A stretch of 32,000 nucleotides of DNA from Candidatus Lokiarchaeum ossiferum (lineage in GTDB: Archaea > Asgardarchaeota > Lokiarchaeia > Sigyniarchaeales > Promethearchaeaceae): the NCBI GenBank assembly GCA_025839675.1, contig CP104013.1:4290001-4322000 (forward strand), read 5' to 3'. The translations under genes and the position numbers were made by a program. The notes beneath the pieces are model-generated. The model was given only the letters and a program-made list of their open reading frames with translations. It had not been told where the DNA came from and did no database searches. The first letter of the stretch is position 1, and every line of letters begins with the position of its first letter. This document shows positions 25,074-32,000 of the stretch, one piece after another.

Positions 25074-25181
25074 AATTTTTTGTAAATCAGCGATGTAAAA
25101 AAAATTATTGTAATTTTCACTTCTTGCTTATCAATTCTCATCAGTAAAAATTTAAGGTATTGCAGATATGTTTCTAGTAAT

Positions 25182-25556
25182 ATGAACTGCGAACATGGCT
25201 TTCTAATGGAGACATGCCCCCACTGCCAAATGCAAGTTGGGGTCAAACCAAAGATTCAACTAGTGAAACCGGCCGCACGAGAGATACCCATGCCCGTTCC
25301 AAGTAAAGATGGTATTCATGTACCAACTGATCTTCAATTTGATGATATGTATAAGAAAAACAAATCGCTTTCCCACATGCCCCAAAAATTAACACGTAAT
25401 TTTGATGTGAGAATCGGATTAAATTCTTCTGGACCTTCTTTATTTCAAGAAAGATCGCAACAATTAAGTGCAAAATATGATCCAAAAGGACTCCACCAAG
25501 ATCCAAATTCGGAGCTCTCTATTGTTGATTTGCGTAAGAAGTTTACTCAAAAATAA
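25182..25556 (+). CDS. hypothetical protein with N-terminal C-x-H-x7-C-x2-C knuckle and a low-complexity remainder
   Basis: 124 aa. It begins MNCEHGFLMETCPHCQ, then a probably disordered P/K/Q/S-rich sequence. No family recognised. Confidence 0.4.
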   Translation: MNCEHGFLMETCPHCQMQVGVKPKIQLVKPAAREIPMPVPSKDGIHVPTDLQFDDMYKKNKSLSHMPQKLTRNFDVRIGLNSSGPSLFQERSQQLSAKYDPKGLHQDPNSELSIVDLRKKFTQK

Positions 25557-25582
25557 TTATCCCTTATTTGAGGGTGTCTTTC

Positions 25583-26071
25583 TTATTCTTCTTTTTCTAT
25601 CTTATCATACAGAATTCTTTGTTCAGGAAGAAAATCCGAGTTTGGAATTGAAGAATAGATATTTTTTTGGTAAATCTCTAACTGATCTCGTTCTAAATCA
25701 AATAATTCTTTAATTTCCTTGAATTCTTCCATTTCTCCCTTCCAATCAAGCAGATCTTCTGCATAATAATCCACAAATTTCTTTTTTAGATATCCAAGAT
25801 AAGAGATAATTTTGGTGTCTTTCTGATCGAGGGGAGTTCGAACAACGAAGGTTAAACGATGATCTTCGTAATGAGCAAGAGTTAATTTATAGTTTTTCCC
25901 TTTAATCATTTGAACTTCCTCCATCCCAATTTCAGAAGCAAACGCATTGATGGCAGAAATGAAACCTCCAAACAAATCTGCACTCTGTTCTTCTAAAAAT
26001 TGTTCATTGTATAAAGTTAGACCATTTTCGGTTAATATCCAAATTTCGTCGATTAAGGGTACTGATTTCAT
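25583..26071 (-). CDS. hypothetical protein with longin/roadblock-like N-terminal domain
   Basis: 162 aa. The residue pattern suggests beta-beta-alpha-beta-beta-beta-alpha: IDEIWILTENGLTLYNEQF / ADLFGGFISAINAFASEIG / VQMIKGKNYKLTLAHYEDHRLTFVVRTP / DTKIISYLGYLKKKFVDYY. An acidic helical tail follows. This is a fold guess from sequence only. Confidence 0.4.
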   Translation of the reverse strand: MKSVPLIDEIWILTENGLTLYNEQFLEEQSADLFGGFISAINAFASEIGMEEVQMIKGKNYKLTLAHYEDHRLTFVVRTPLDQKDTKIISYLGYLKKKFVDYYAEDLLDWKGEMEEFKEIKELFDLERDQLEIYQKNIYSSIPNSDFLPEQRILYDKIEKEE

Positions 26072-26234
26072 GTTATTGTTTATCCCGTTTTTTGTATAAA
26101 TGGATTATACAATAGATTGTTTGTTGTGGAGTTTCTATAGAGATATGTATTCTACCTTTTTTTGTCCTTTAAGAATTTTTGGAACTGCGTTAGAGAATAA
26201 AAATCTGATATTCAATTCATCAAAAAATTAATAT

Positions 26235-27116
26235 ATGATTCGAATATTTAATATCGTATATATGATATCAATAACTAAATCTATGAAAAAAGAAGATAAT
26301 CGAACCCAAAAAATAGGGTTACTTCAATTTTTCCAAGGAGAGCTTGATGAATTGGATATGTTTTTGCAAGAATTTCAAAAAATTAAGCCCGACTGGCTTG
26401 ACACTACGCTTACTGAATATTTCAAAATTCTCACTAGCAAAATTAATCCAACACAAACCTCGAAAGGATTTCCCATTTCAGAACTATCGCAAGACAAGTG
26501 GAAATTGTTGGGTGCACATCTTCCGAAGATTCAAATTATTCAGCAAGCATTGCTATCCTTTTTACATTTGGAAAACTTTTCTCTTGCAGGAAAAGAGTTT
26601 TTAGACCGAGATGATTTTCTCGTCGTTCCTTTTGGGGATTATATTCGTTGTGCTTATTATCATGTCTATTATTTCTTCCATGCGTTAATGAATTTGCAAG
26701 GGAAAGAAATGGCTTATGCGATTACCCGTCAAATCGCTGAAATTAATTATACAAAGCCAAGACCTGATCAAAAGAAGATGAATTCTGTTAGGGAATTTGG
26801 GGAATGGATTGATGGTTTATGCACACGTACTCATAATTTCATTAGTGGGGAAGATGACGATCAACATTTCATCAATAAAGTAGTGGGTTGTGTTTGGGGA
26901 GAAGCCTTGCAGCAAGTGGAAGATCCAGAATTGATGTATTTTCTGATTTGTTATGGGGACTTTTTCACACCCAAAGCAAAAAATGAGCACTTTGAGCTAA
27001 CTCGCAAAGAGACAATCTTGCAAGGAAGTAAAATGTGCGATTTTTGTTATCATGATACCCGTATTCATCAAAAATTGGAACATCCTATCAAGGAATTCTG
27101 GGAAAAATTGTGCTGA
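26235..27116 (+). CDS. ATC-hydrolase-like (L-2-amino-thiazoline-4-carboxylate hydrolase family-like) Cys-motif protein; likely start at MKKEDNR near 26283
   Basis: The C-terminal VVGCVWGEALQQVEDPELMYFLICYGDFFTPKAKNEHFELTRKETILQGSKMCDFCYH resembles my recollection of the ATC_hydrolase family (C...C..D...R..tl..G...CdF). The N-terminal 16 codons of the track ORF look like spurious extension. Confidence 0.45.
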   Translation: MIRIFNIVYMISITKSMKKEDNRTQKIGLLQFFQGELDELDMFLQEFQKIKPDWLDTTLTEYFKILTSKINPTQTSKGFPISELSQDKWKLLGAHLPKIQIIQQALLSFLHLENFSLAGKEFLDRDDFLVVPFGDYIRCAYYHVYYFFHALMNLQGKEMAYAITRQIAEINYTKPRPDQKKMNSVREFGEWIDGLCTRTHNFISGEDDDQHFINKVVGCVWGEALQQVEDPELMYFLICYGDFFTPKAKNEHFELTRKETILQGSKMCDFCYHDTRIHQKLEHPIKEFWEKLC

Positions 27117-27120
27117 AAAT

Positions 27121-27456
27121 TTACTTTTTTTTAATTTCCCATTGATCCCCAACAATATCAATCATGTCAAATTTCGCCATGGCGGCGGTTAAATCAATTA
27201 ATTCTCCCTCTATTCGTTCAAGATGAATTAATTTTTTCTTAATTTGCGAAAATTCATCATTTTGTTTTAAAAAAAAATCAAATAGAGACATTTTTTGTTC
27301 AGGAGTTTGAATTTTCACATATTCATTGACTGCTTCCCTTATAAAAGCGGATAAACTTTCACGCGGGTTTACTTCATTCCAAAGAGTCAATTCCTTCTCA
27401 GAAACTGTAATTGAAATTCGTTTACTTGATGTCATACTATCACATACTAATTGCAT
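27121..27456 (-). CDS. ribbon-helix-helix (CopG-like) domain protein
   Basis: 111 aa. RISITVSEKELTLWNEV...SLSAFIREAVNEYVK fits the strand-helix-helix pattern of RHH DNA-binding domains. The C-terminal half is unassigned. Confidence 0.5.
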   Translation of the reverse strand: MQLVCDSMTSSKRISITVSEKELTLWNEVNPRESLSAFIREAVNEYVKIQTPEQKMSLFDFFLKQNDEFSQIKKKLIHLERIEGELIDLTAAMAKFDMIDIVGDQWEIKKK

Positions 27457-27536
27457 ACTTTCGCATACATAACTTAAAGGTCATTGCATGATTTGAAGAT
27501 TTGTATTTAATAACTTTTTAAATCGAAATTATAGTT

Positions 27537-28475
27537 GTGAATCTTATGGCAGACGAAGAAAAAATTGTTGATGTAGAAGTCGAAGAGACTGAAGAAGAAA
27601 AAACCAAGCGCGAAGAAGAAGAGAAAAAGGCAAAAGACGCCGAAAAGCGCAAAAAGAAACTTGCAAAGGAAACTGTTGCGGAAGGCGATATGGTTTTTGT
27701 AGATGTGTTAGGCAAAACTCTTGAAGAAGATGAGGCTAATAACATGGTGTTCCAAGCCAGCAACGTGGAAGATGCTAAATTATTACCTAATTACGATCCA
27801 AAAAACGATGCCCGATATATCAATGATCTTGCTATTGTTGGTAAGAAAGGGTTCGTGGAAGATAAAATTGATGAAATTTTAAAGAGTGGAATCAAATTCT
27901 TTGAAGAAAAAACTGTTGATCTTGAACCAGTAGATGCATTTGGAGAACGTGAAGGCAAAAAAATTGAAAAAGTCAGCCAAAAACAATTCATGAAAGACAT
28001 GAATAATGAAAAACCTTATCCAGGTGCTCAATATAAAGATAAAAAAGGGCGATCAGGAGTTGTTTTACGTGCTGCACAAGGACGATTATTAGTTGATTTC
28101 AACCATCCTCTCGCTGGAAAGAAAATCCAATACCGTGTCAAGGTAACCGATAAAGTTGAAGGATTTGAAGGGCAAGCCTCCGCATTATTAGGTCGTCGTT
28201 TAGGTGGAATGCAAAGTATGGGTGAAATGTTCAAATTTGACCACGATGCTGAATCAAAAACTCTTGAAGTCGAAATTCCTCAAATGTTAATGTTCCAATT
28301 AGCTCAACAACAAGGAGGAATTTACTTCAAAATGGGTGCTTCCATGGATTTACAAGAACATTTACCTGATGTAGATACAGTCAAATTTGTTGAAGTGTTT
28401 GCAAAAACTCCTGCTCCAGTGGCTGAACATGATCACGAACACGACCATGATCACGACCATGATCACGAAGAATAA
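27537..28475 (+). CDS. long-type FKBP peptidyl-prolyl isomerase/chaperone with E/K-rich N-terminal extension and His/Asp-rich C-terminal tail (probable start ATG 27546)
   Basis: The FKBP core with insert-in-flap is GDMVFVDVLGKT ... VLRAAQGRLLVDFNHPLAGKKIQYRVKVTDKV (DFNHPLAGK is the SlyD/archaeal FKBP hallmark). A C-terminal domain as in ~26-kDa archaeal FKBPs follows, then the tail EHDHEHDHDHDHDHEE. The track ORF starts at GTG 27537; MADEEK begins at 27546. Confidence 0.85.
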   Translation: MNLMADEEKIVDVEVEETEEEKTKREEEEKKAKDAEKRKKKLAKETVAEGDMVFVDVLGKTLEEDEANNMVFQASNVEDAKLLPNYDPKNDARYINDLAIVGKKGFVEDKIDEILKSGIKFFEEKTVDLEPVDAFGEREGKKIEKVSQKQFMKDMNNEKPYPGAQYKDKKGRSGVVLRAAQGRLLVDFNHPLAGKKIQYRVKVTDKVEGFEGQASALLGRRLGGMQSMGEMFKFDHDAESKTLEVEIPQMLMFQLAQQQGGIYFKMGASMDLQEHLPDVDTVKFVEVFAKTPAPVAEHDHEHDHDHDHDHEE

Positions 28476-28509
28476 GCTCACTTTCTCTAAAATTACTCTG
28501 ATTTTTAAC

Positions 28510-28516
28510 TTTTTTT
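28510..28516 (+). terminator. T7 tract about 35 nt after the FKBP stop (preceded by T5 at 28502-28506)
   Basis: gatttttaactttttttcc. This is an archaeal-type oligo-T signal. Confidence 0.5.
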
Positions 28517-28941
28517 CCTTCTTACTTTCTTATTTTGAATTATCAAATTGCTATCTATAAATTCAAATCAACAACTTCAGAATAAAATAAGGACTTTTTT
28601 GAGTTTTTCAATTTATTAATAAATCTTGCTAATTTTAATAAAATGTGTAAATTTGTTGACTGTTTGGGCCAAAATTGACACAATTTTGAAGTAAGTTTAT
28701 ATTCATATATTTTTCTTATACATACGGATTAAACGATTCAAAACTTTGATATTTATTCGATACACTCACCATTAATTTACCTTCACATTTGCTCTAAATT
28801 TGATGTTGCTGCATCAAGACCAGTTGTATCCTAAATATTGAGGCCCTACGACAGAATCTGTTTCATTCAATCACACACACTTTTTTTCTTCTCTTCTTTT
28901 TGAATTGTTTCTTGAATACAAAAAAACATGAAAAAAGAAAT

Positions 28942-30126
28942 TCATTTTTTTAGATCCGGATATTTGGTAAAAACCGATTGTTGAAATAATTTCCACCTTG
29001 GTAATCCATGAACACTTTCAAAATCAGGATCTAAACAGAATTGATAATAGAATTGATGTGGATTTTCCATATTTATCAATAACATTTTGTTGAAGGTGGT
29101 AATTACTCCTTCATAACGCCCAAGTTTTACTTGGAGAATGGCTAAAATACTTAAGGCCGTCTGATCTACTGGTTTCAATTTTAAAGCACGTTTAATATAT
29201 TTTAAACCAATTTCGGGTTGATTTAGGTATAACCCTTTATACCATGAATTTTCGATAAATCTTTGATACTCATCAAAAAAGCCCAATACTGCTGTATATT
29301 GTTTTTGAAGCAAGAATCCCGCTCGTTTGGCTGTCTTTTGCGATGCTGTGTTGTGTTCGGAACAATGCCACGCTACTGTAATTTTCCTTTGCAGACATTC
29401 TTCAATACAAGCGGCAACTGAAATCGTTCCTAAACCTGCTCTTCGATGCTGTTCTTCGGTCCATACTCCCATTTCTGCTTTATTTTCTGTAACAAAATCT
29501 GCCATGGCGCGAGATATGATTTCAGTACCATTTTTAATCACCACATATCCAAATCCATGTTTTGAAAATTCTTCAAGAGACCTCCATTGGGAGTAAATTT
29601 CCTCCATCATTTTTTTGTAGTTGATTAATTCTTCCCGTCCAAGAATATCTTTAATTTTCCACATTTTACAGTCTTTGGGGATCTGTTCCTTCCATGATGG
29701 GTTTTTCTGGGATTGCAACATAAAAAAACATCGTTTGAGCAAAATATAATCGCTAAGATGGAAATCACTATCAAATATGGAATTCCATTTTGGATTGGAG
29801 AAATATATGACCCACTCCCCGTGTTCTGGTTTCATTATGGGCCAAATTTGTTTTTTTATGATCTCTCCGATTCCGTAATTAAACTGTTTATTTGCTGTGT
29901 TTCCAACCAAATACATTGAATATTGATTATCTACTAAAAAAGCTGAACTGGGTGTGTGTATATCATCCACCCAGACTTTCCCATCGTTATCATGATTTAA
30001 AACTGCAATGCAGTTCAAGTTGATTGCCACTTCTTCAAATAACTGTCGTACTTGGGCATATTTCTCTTTTTGCAATAGGTGTATCATTTTTTTCACGTTC
30101 TCTACTTGAAATATTTTATCATGCAT
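28942..30126 (-). CDS. GNAT-type acetyltransferase domain protein with C-terminal TPR-like helical repeats
   Basis: 394 aa. GFGYVVIKNGTEIISRAMADFVTENKAEMGVWTEEQHRRAGLGTISVAACIEECLQRKITVAWHCSEHNTASQKTAKRAGF is GNAT-like. YKGLYLNQPEIGLKYIKRALKLKPVDQTALSILAILQVKLGRYEGVITTFNKML is TPR-like. An A7 run (T7 on the coding strand) lies just downstream at 28920-28926. Confidence 0.65.
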   Translation of the reverse strand: MHDKIFQVENVKKMIHLLQKEKYAQVRQLFEEVAINLNCIAVLNHDNDGKVWVDDIHTPSSAFLVDNQYSMYLVGNTANKQFNYGIGEIIKKQIWPIMKPEHGEWVIYFSNPKWNSIFDSDFHLSDYILLKRCFFMLQSQKNPSWKEQIPKDCKMWKIKDILGREELINYKKMMEEIYSQWRSLEEFSKHGFGYVVIKNGTEIISRAMADFVTENKAEMGVWTEEQHRRAGLGTISVAACIEECLQRKITVAWHCSEHNTASQKTAKRAGFLLQKQYTAVLGFFDEYQRFIENSWYKGLYLNQPEIGLKYIKRALKLKPVDQTALSILAILQVKLGRYEGVITTFNKMLLINMENPHQFYYQFCLDPDFESVHGLPRWKLFQQSVFTKYPDLKK

Positions 30127-30345
30127 ATCACATTTTTAATGGTCTCTTGAAGAAACAGATTGCTGTATAAGAAGAGAAGTTAAAAGAGAAAGAAAGTACG
30201 TTAAACATTGTAAATAAGCACTTTTGAATCTGCCTACCTCTTACATGCAGACAATTGTTCATTCCAAAGTTGATTAAAATTGATGCTTACTTACAATACA
30301 TAAAATAAATATATTCTAATGATAGAGAGTATTTGAGAAATAAAA

Positions 30346-30372
30346 ATTTGTTTATAATATATTTGTTTATAA
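30346..30372 (+). promoter_or_regulatory. tandem duplicated TATA-like element ATTTGTTTATAA (30346-30357 and 30361-30372)
   Basis: Two exact 12-nt copies lie 15 nt apart. The second is ~35-45 nt upstream of the GTG start at 30409. Confidence 0.35.
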
Positions 30373-30408
30373 AAAATATACTTAATATTTGACATTCGAG
30401 GCGTTTAT

Positions 30409-31437
30409 GTGGAAAATCTAAGCAAAATTAGTGTGCTATTTATCTGGGATGTAAATGAACGACTAAAAACTTACCTGAAATCGAAGTTAGAACAACTATC
30501 TAATCTTAATCTAATTTTTCCAAAGGATCTATCTGAAGAAAACTTATTAAGTTTAGCACCGAAAGCATCGGTTATAATTGGGTGGCGTCCGGACATAAAA
30601 ATGCTCCAATCTGCAGATCAACTAAAGCTTTTCATCAATCCAGGGGCGGGTGTGCAGCATTTAATTCCCATATTTCGAGATCTTGAAAGAAAGGATCAAA
30701 TAATTTTAGTAAATGGCCATGGTAATTCTTATTTTACCGCTCAACATGCGGTGGCTCTCTTACTCTCGCTAACCAATAAAATAATTCTTCATCATGACTG
30801 GATGAAGCAAGGAAAATGGCGAACTGGGGATTCGGAGGCCAAATCCGTGCCCCTTTGGAAGAAGAAAGTCGGTTTAATTGGTTATGGGGCGATCAACAAG
30901 AAAGTTCATCAGCTTTTATCTGCGTTTCAATGTGAGTTTTCCATTTTACGAAGATCTTGGGAAAACACCAATGAACAATTGTTAACTCCAGTGACTCGGT
31001 ATGAACCTTCCGAAATTCGGAAATTCATGGGAAACATTGATTTTTGTATTGTTGCCGTTCCTCAAACGGGGAATACGGTTAATATGATCCAAAAGGATGA
31101 ATTAAATCGGTTAGGACGTACTGGATTTTTAGTCTCTGTCGCCCGTGGGCAAGTAATCAACGAAGAAGATCTTTATTATGCTTTAAATGAAAATCGAATT
31201 GCTGGGGCTGCCATTGATGTGTGGTATGATTATTCTCCCGAACCAAACACAGATAATCAGAAATTTCCCTATCATTTTCCCTTTCATGAATTGCCTAACA
31301 TTGTACTCTCTCCGCATCGAGCCGCTTCGCCCTTTGATAACCTCGATCGTTGGGATGAGGTGGTTGAAAATTTGACCAAAATTTCGGAAGGAAAAAAAGA
31401 CTTTATTAATCAAGTGAATATTGCAAATGAATACTAA
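30409..31437 (+). CDS. D-isomer-specific 2-hydroxyacid dehydrogenase family, NAD-binding (GTG start)
   Basis: 342 aa. It has the Rossmann motif VGLIGYGAINKKV and VSVARGQVINEEDLYYALNENRIAGAAIDVW, then IVLSPHRAASP (the catalytic Arg and His positions of the family). Confidence 0.85.
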   Translation: MENLSKISVLFIWDVNERLKTYLKSKLEQLSNLNLIFPKDLSEENLLSLAPKASVIIGWRPDIKMLQSADQLKLFINPGAGVQHLIPIFRDLERKDQIILVNGHGNSYFTAQHAVALLLSLTNKIILHHDWMKQGKWRTGDSEAKSVPLWKKKVGLIGYGAINKKVHQLLSAFQCEFSILRRSWENTNEQLLTPVTRYEPSEIRKFMGNIDFCIVAVPQTGNTVNMIQKDELNRLGRTGFLVSVARGQVINEEDLYYALNENRIAGAAIDVWYDYSPEPNTDNQKFPYHFPFHELPNIVLSPHRAASPFDNLDRWDEVVENLTKISEGKKDFINQVNIANEY

Positions 31438-31462
31438 ATTGGGTTTTTTATATTGCACTCGA

Positions 31463-31978
31463 TTATTTTTTTTGAAAACGTACAACTGATAAATGCAACC
31501 CTCGGGGGCATTTTTTGATTTTTTTCATCCGTTGGACCAGTTTCACTTTTTGACCTCTTTGAATCATCAGGCTATGTGGTTGACAATATTTATGATACAC
31601 ACAATCATCGTGATCGCAGCCAACAGGAGTAAAATCGAGTATCGAACCTTCATAAATGTCCTTATTGTGCATGGAAGCAAACAATACGGGTTTTTTAATC
31701 TTAACTAATACCATGTCTTCCTCATGAAAATCTTCTGGACACGGAATGACCCGATCTAAGATTTCTACTACTTCATAAACGGTATTTGGAGTTAAATTTT
31801 GTTGACATGTCTCATAGAGTGTACATGTAGTCGGACATTCTTGCTTTGGTTCTTGAAAGAAAAATTGAAATCCTTTATATGCAAATGATTTCCCGAGAAA
31901 AGTCATTAAAGCCATCGCTAATATGAAAACATAATATTTGATCCTTTTAAAAGAACATTGATCAACAAATTCAACCAT
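31463..31978 (-). CDS. membrane-anchored protein with two UPF0179-like 4-Cys modules
   Basis: 171 aa with an N-terminal hydrophobic helix (YYVFILAMALMTFLG). Module 1 is C48-x3-C52-x5-C58-x21-C80(P). Module 2 is C121-x4-C126-x5-C132-x24-C157(P). GQKVKLVQRMKKIKKCPRGLHLSVVRF resembles the archaeal UPF0179 pattern (G..y.I..v....CP.g..l..V.V) as I recall it. Confidence 0.4.
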   Translation of the reverse strand: MVEFVDQCSFKRIKYYVFILAMALMTFLGKSFAYKGFQFFFQEPKQECPTTCTLYETCQQNLTPNTVYEVVEILDRVIPCPEDFHEEDMVLVKIKKPVLFASMHNKDIYEGSILDFTPVGCDHDDCVYHKYCQPHSLMIQRGQKVKLVQRMKKIKKCPRGLHLSVVRFQKK

Positions 31979-32000
31979 AGAACATCTAACAATCGCATTG

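Noticed and set aside
24260-25713. Track ORFs 24260-24520(+), 24965-25246(-), 25243-25506(-) and 25468-25713(+)
   Set aside because: Each is antisense to, or overlaps, a better-supported gene: the membrane protein, RidA, the 25182-25556 ORF or the longin-like ORF. None has motifs of its own.
27518-28234. Minus-strand ORFs (27518-27763, 27791-28000, 28028-28234) antisense to the FKBP gene
   Set aside because: They mirror the E/K-rich and other FKBP coding segments, giving S/F/L-rich nonsense such as SSSSRLVFSSSVSSTSTST. The plus-strand FKBP reading is unambiguous.
28425-28472. His-rich 3' end of the FKBP gene as a cloning-vector affinity tag or artefact
   Set aside because: The sequence is alternating His/Asp/Glu, not His6. 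There is no linker or protease-site sequence. Native SlyD/FKBP proteins are known to carry His-rich tails, and the surrounding DNA matches the local composition.
28476-28941. C/D-box sRNA in the long convergent spacer
   Set aside because: Only degenerate box candidates are present (TGATGT, TGATAT). There is no canonical RUGAUGA/CUGA pairing at the right spacing, and no terminal stem or kink-turn arrangement. I kept the region only as a generic sRNA or unknown candidate.

Overview
AT-rich, tightly packed 32-kb chromosomal window. I can support 31 protein-coding genes and one tRNA. I saw no rRNA, CRISPR array, transposase, integrase or obvious prophage or plasmid genes. Several independent signals point to an archaeal host: tRNA-Gln with an A1-U72 pair and a TATA-like box about 28 nt upstream; oligo-T tracts directly after genes; a TrmB-type wHTH protein; a long-type FKBP; a UPF0179-like Cys protein; and secreted or anchored surface proteins loaded with N-x-S/T sequons. 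These sit beside bacterial-looking modules: a PAS sensor with an LPIC..CKKVRDD tail, a family-5 solute-binding domain and a tryptophanase-family lyase. An AT-rich Asgard/Lokiarchaeia-like lineage is plausible, but that is inference only. Content is mostly accessory or metabolic. No complete, recognisable defence or biosynthetic system is present. The items most worth a second look are: (1) a triple-PAS protein whose only output is an uncharacterised 4-Cys tail; (2) a stand-alone Type ISP-like adenine methyltransferase lacking nuclease and translocase, next to a wHTH protein of unknown C-terminal function; (3) a solute-binding protein fused to 13 DxDxDG calcium-type repeats and a membrane anchor; (4) a beta-eliminating lyase carrying a ~50-aa insertion, near a RidA gene and flanked by two Cys-motif proteins; (5) a longin/roadblock-like small protein; (6) about 400 bp of unexplained convergent intergenic DNA. 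All family assignments come from reading motifs in the supplied translations, not from searches. Hand-indexed sub-gene coordinates may be off by 1-2 nt.
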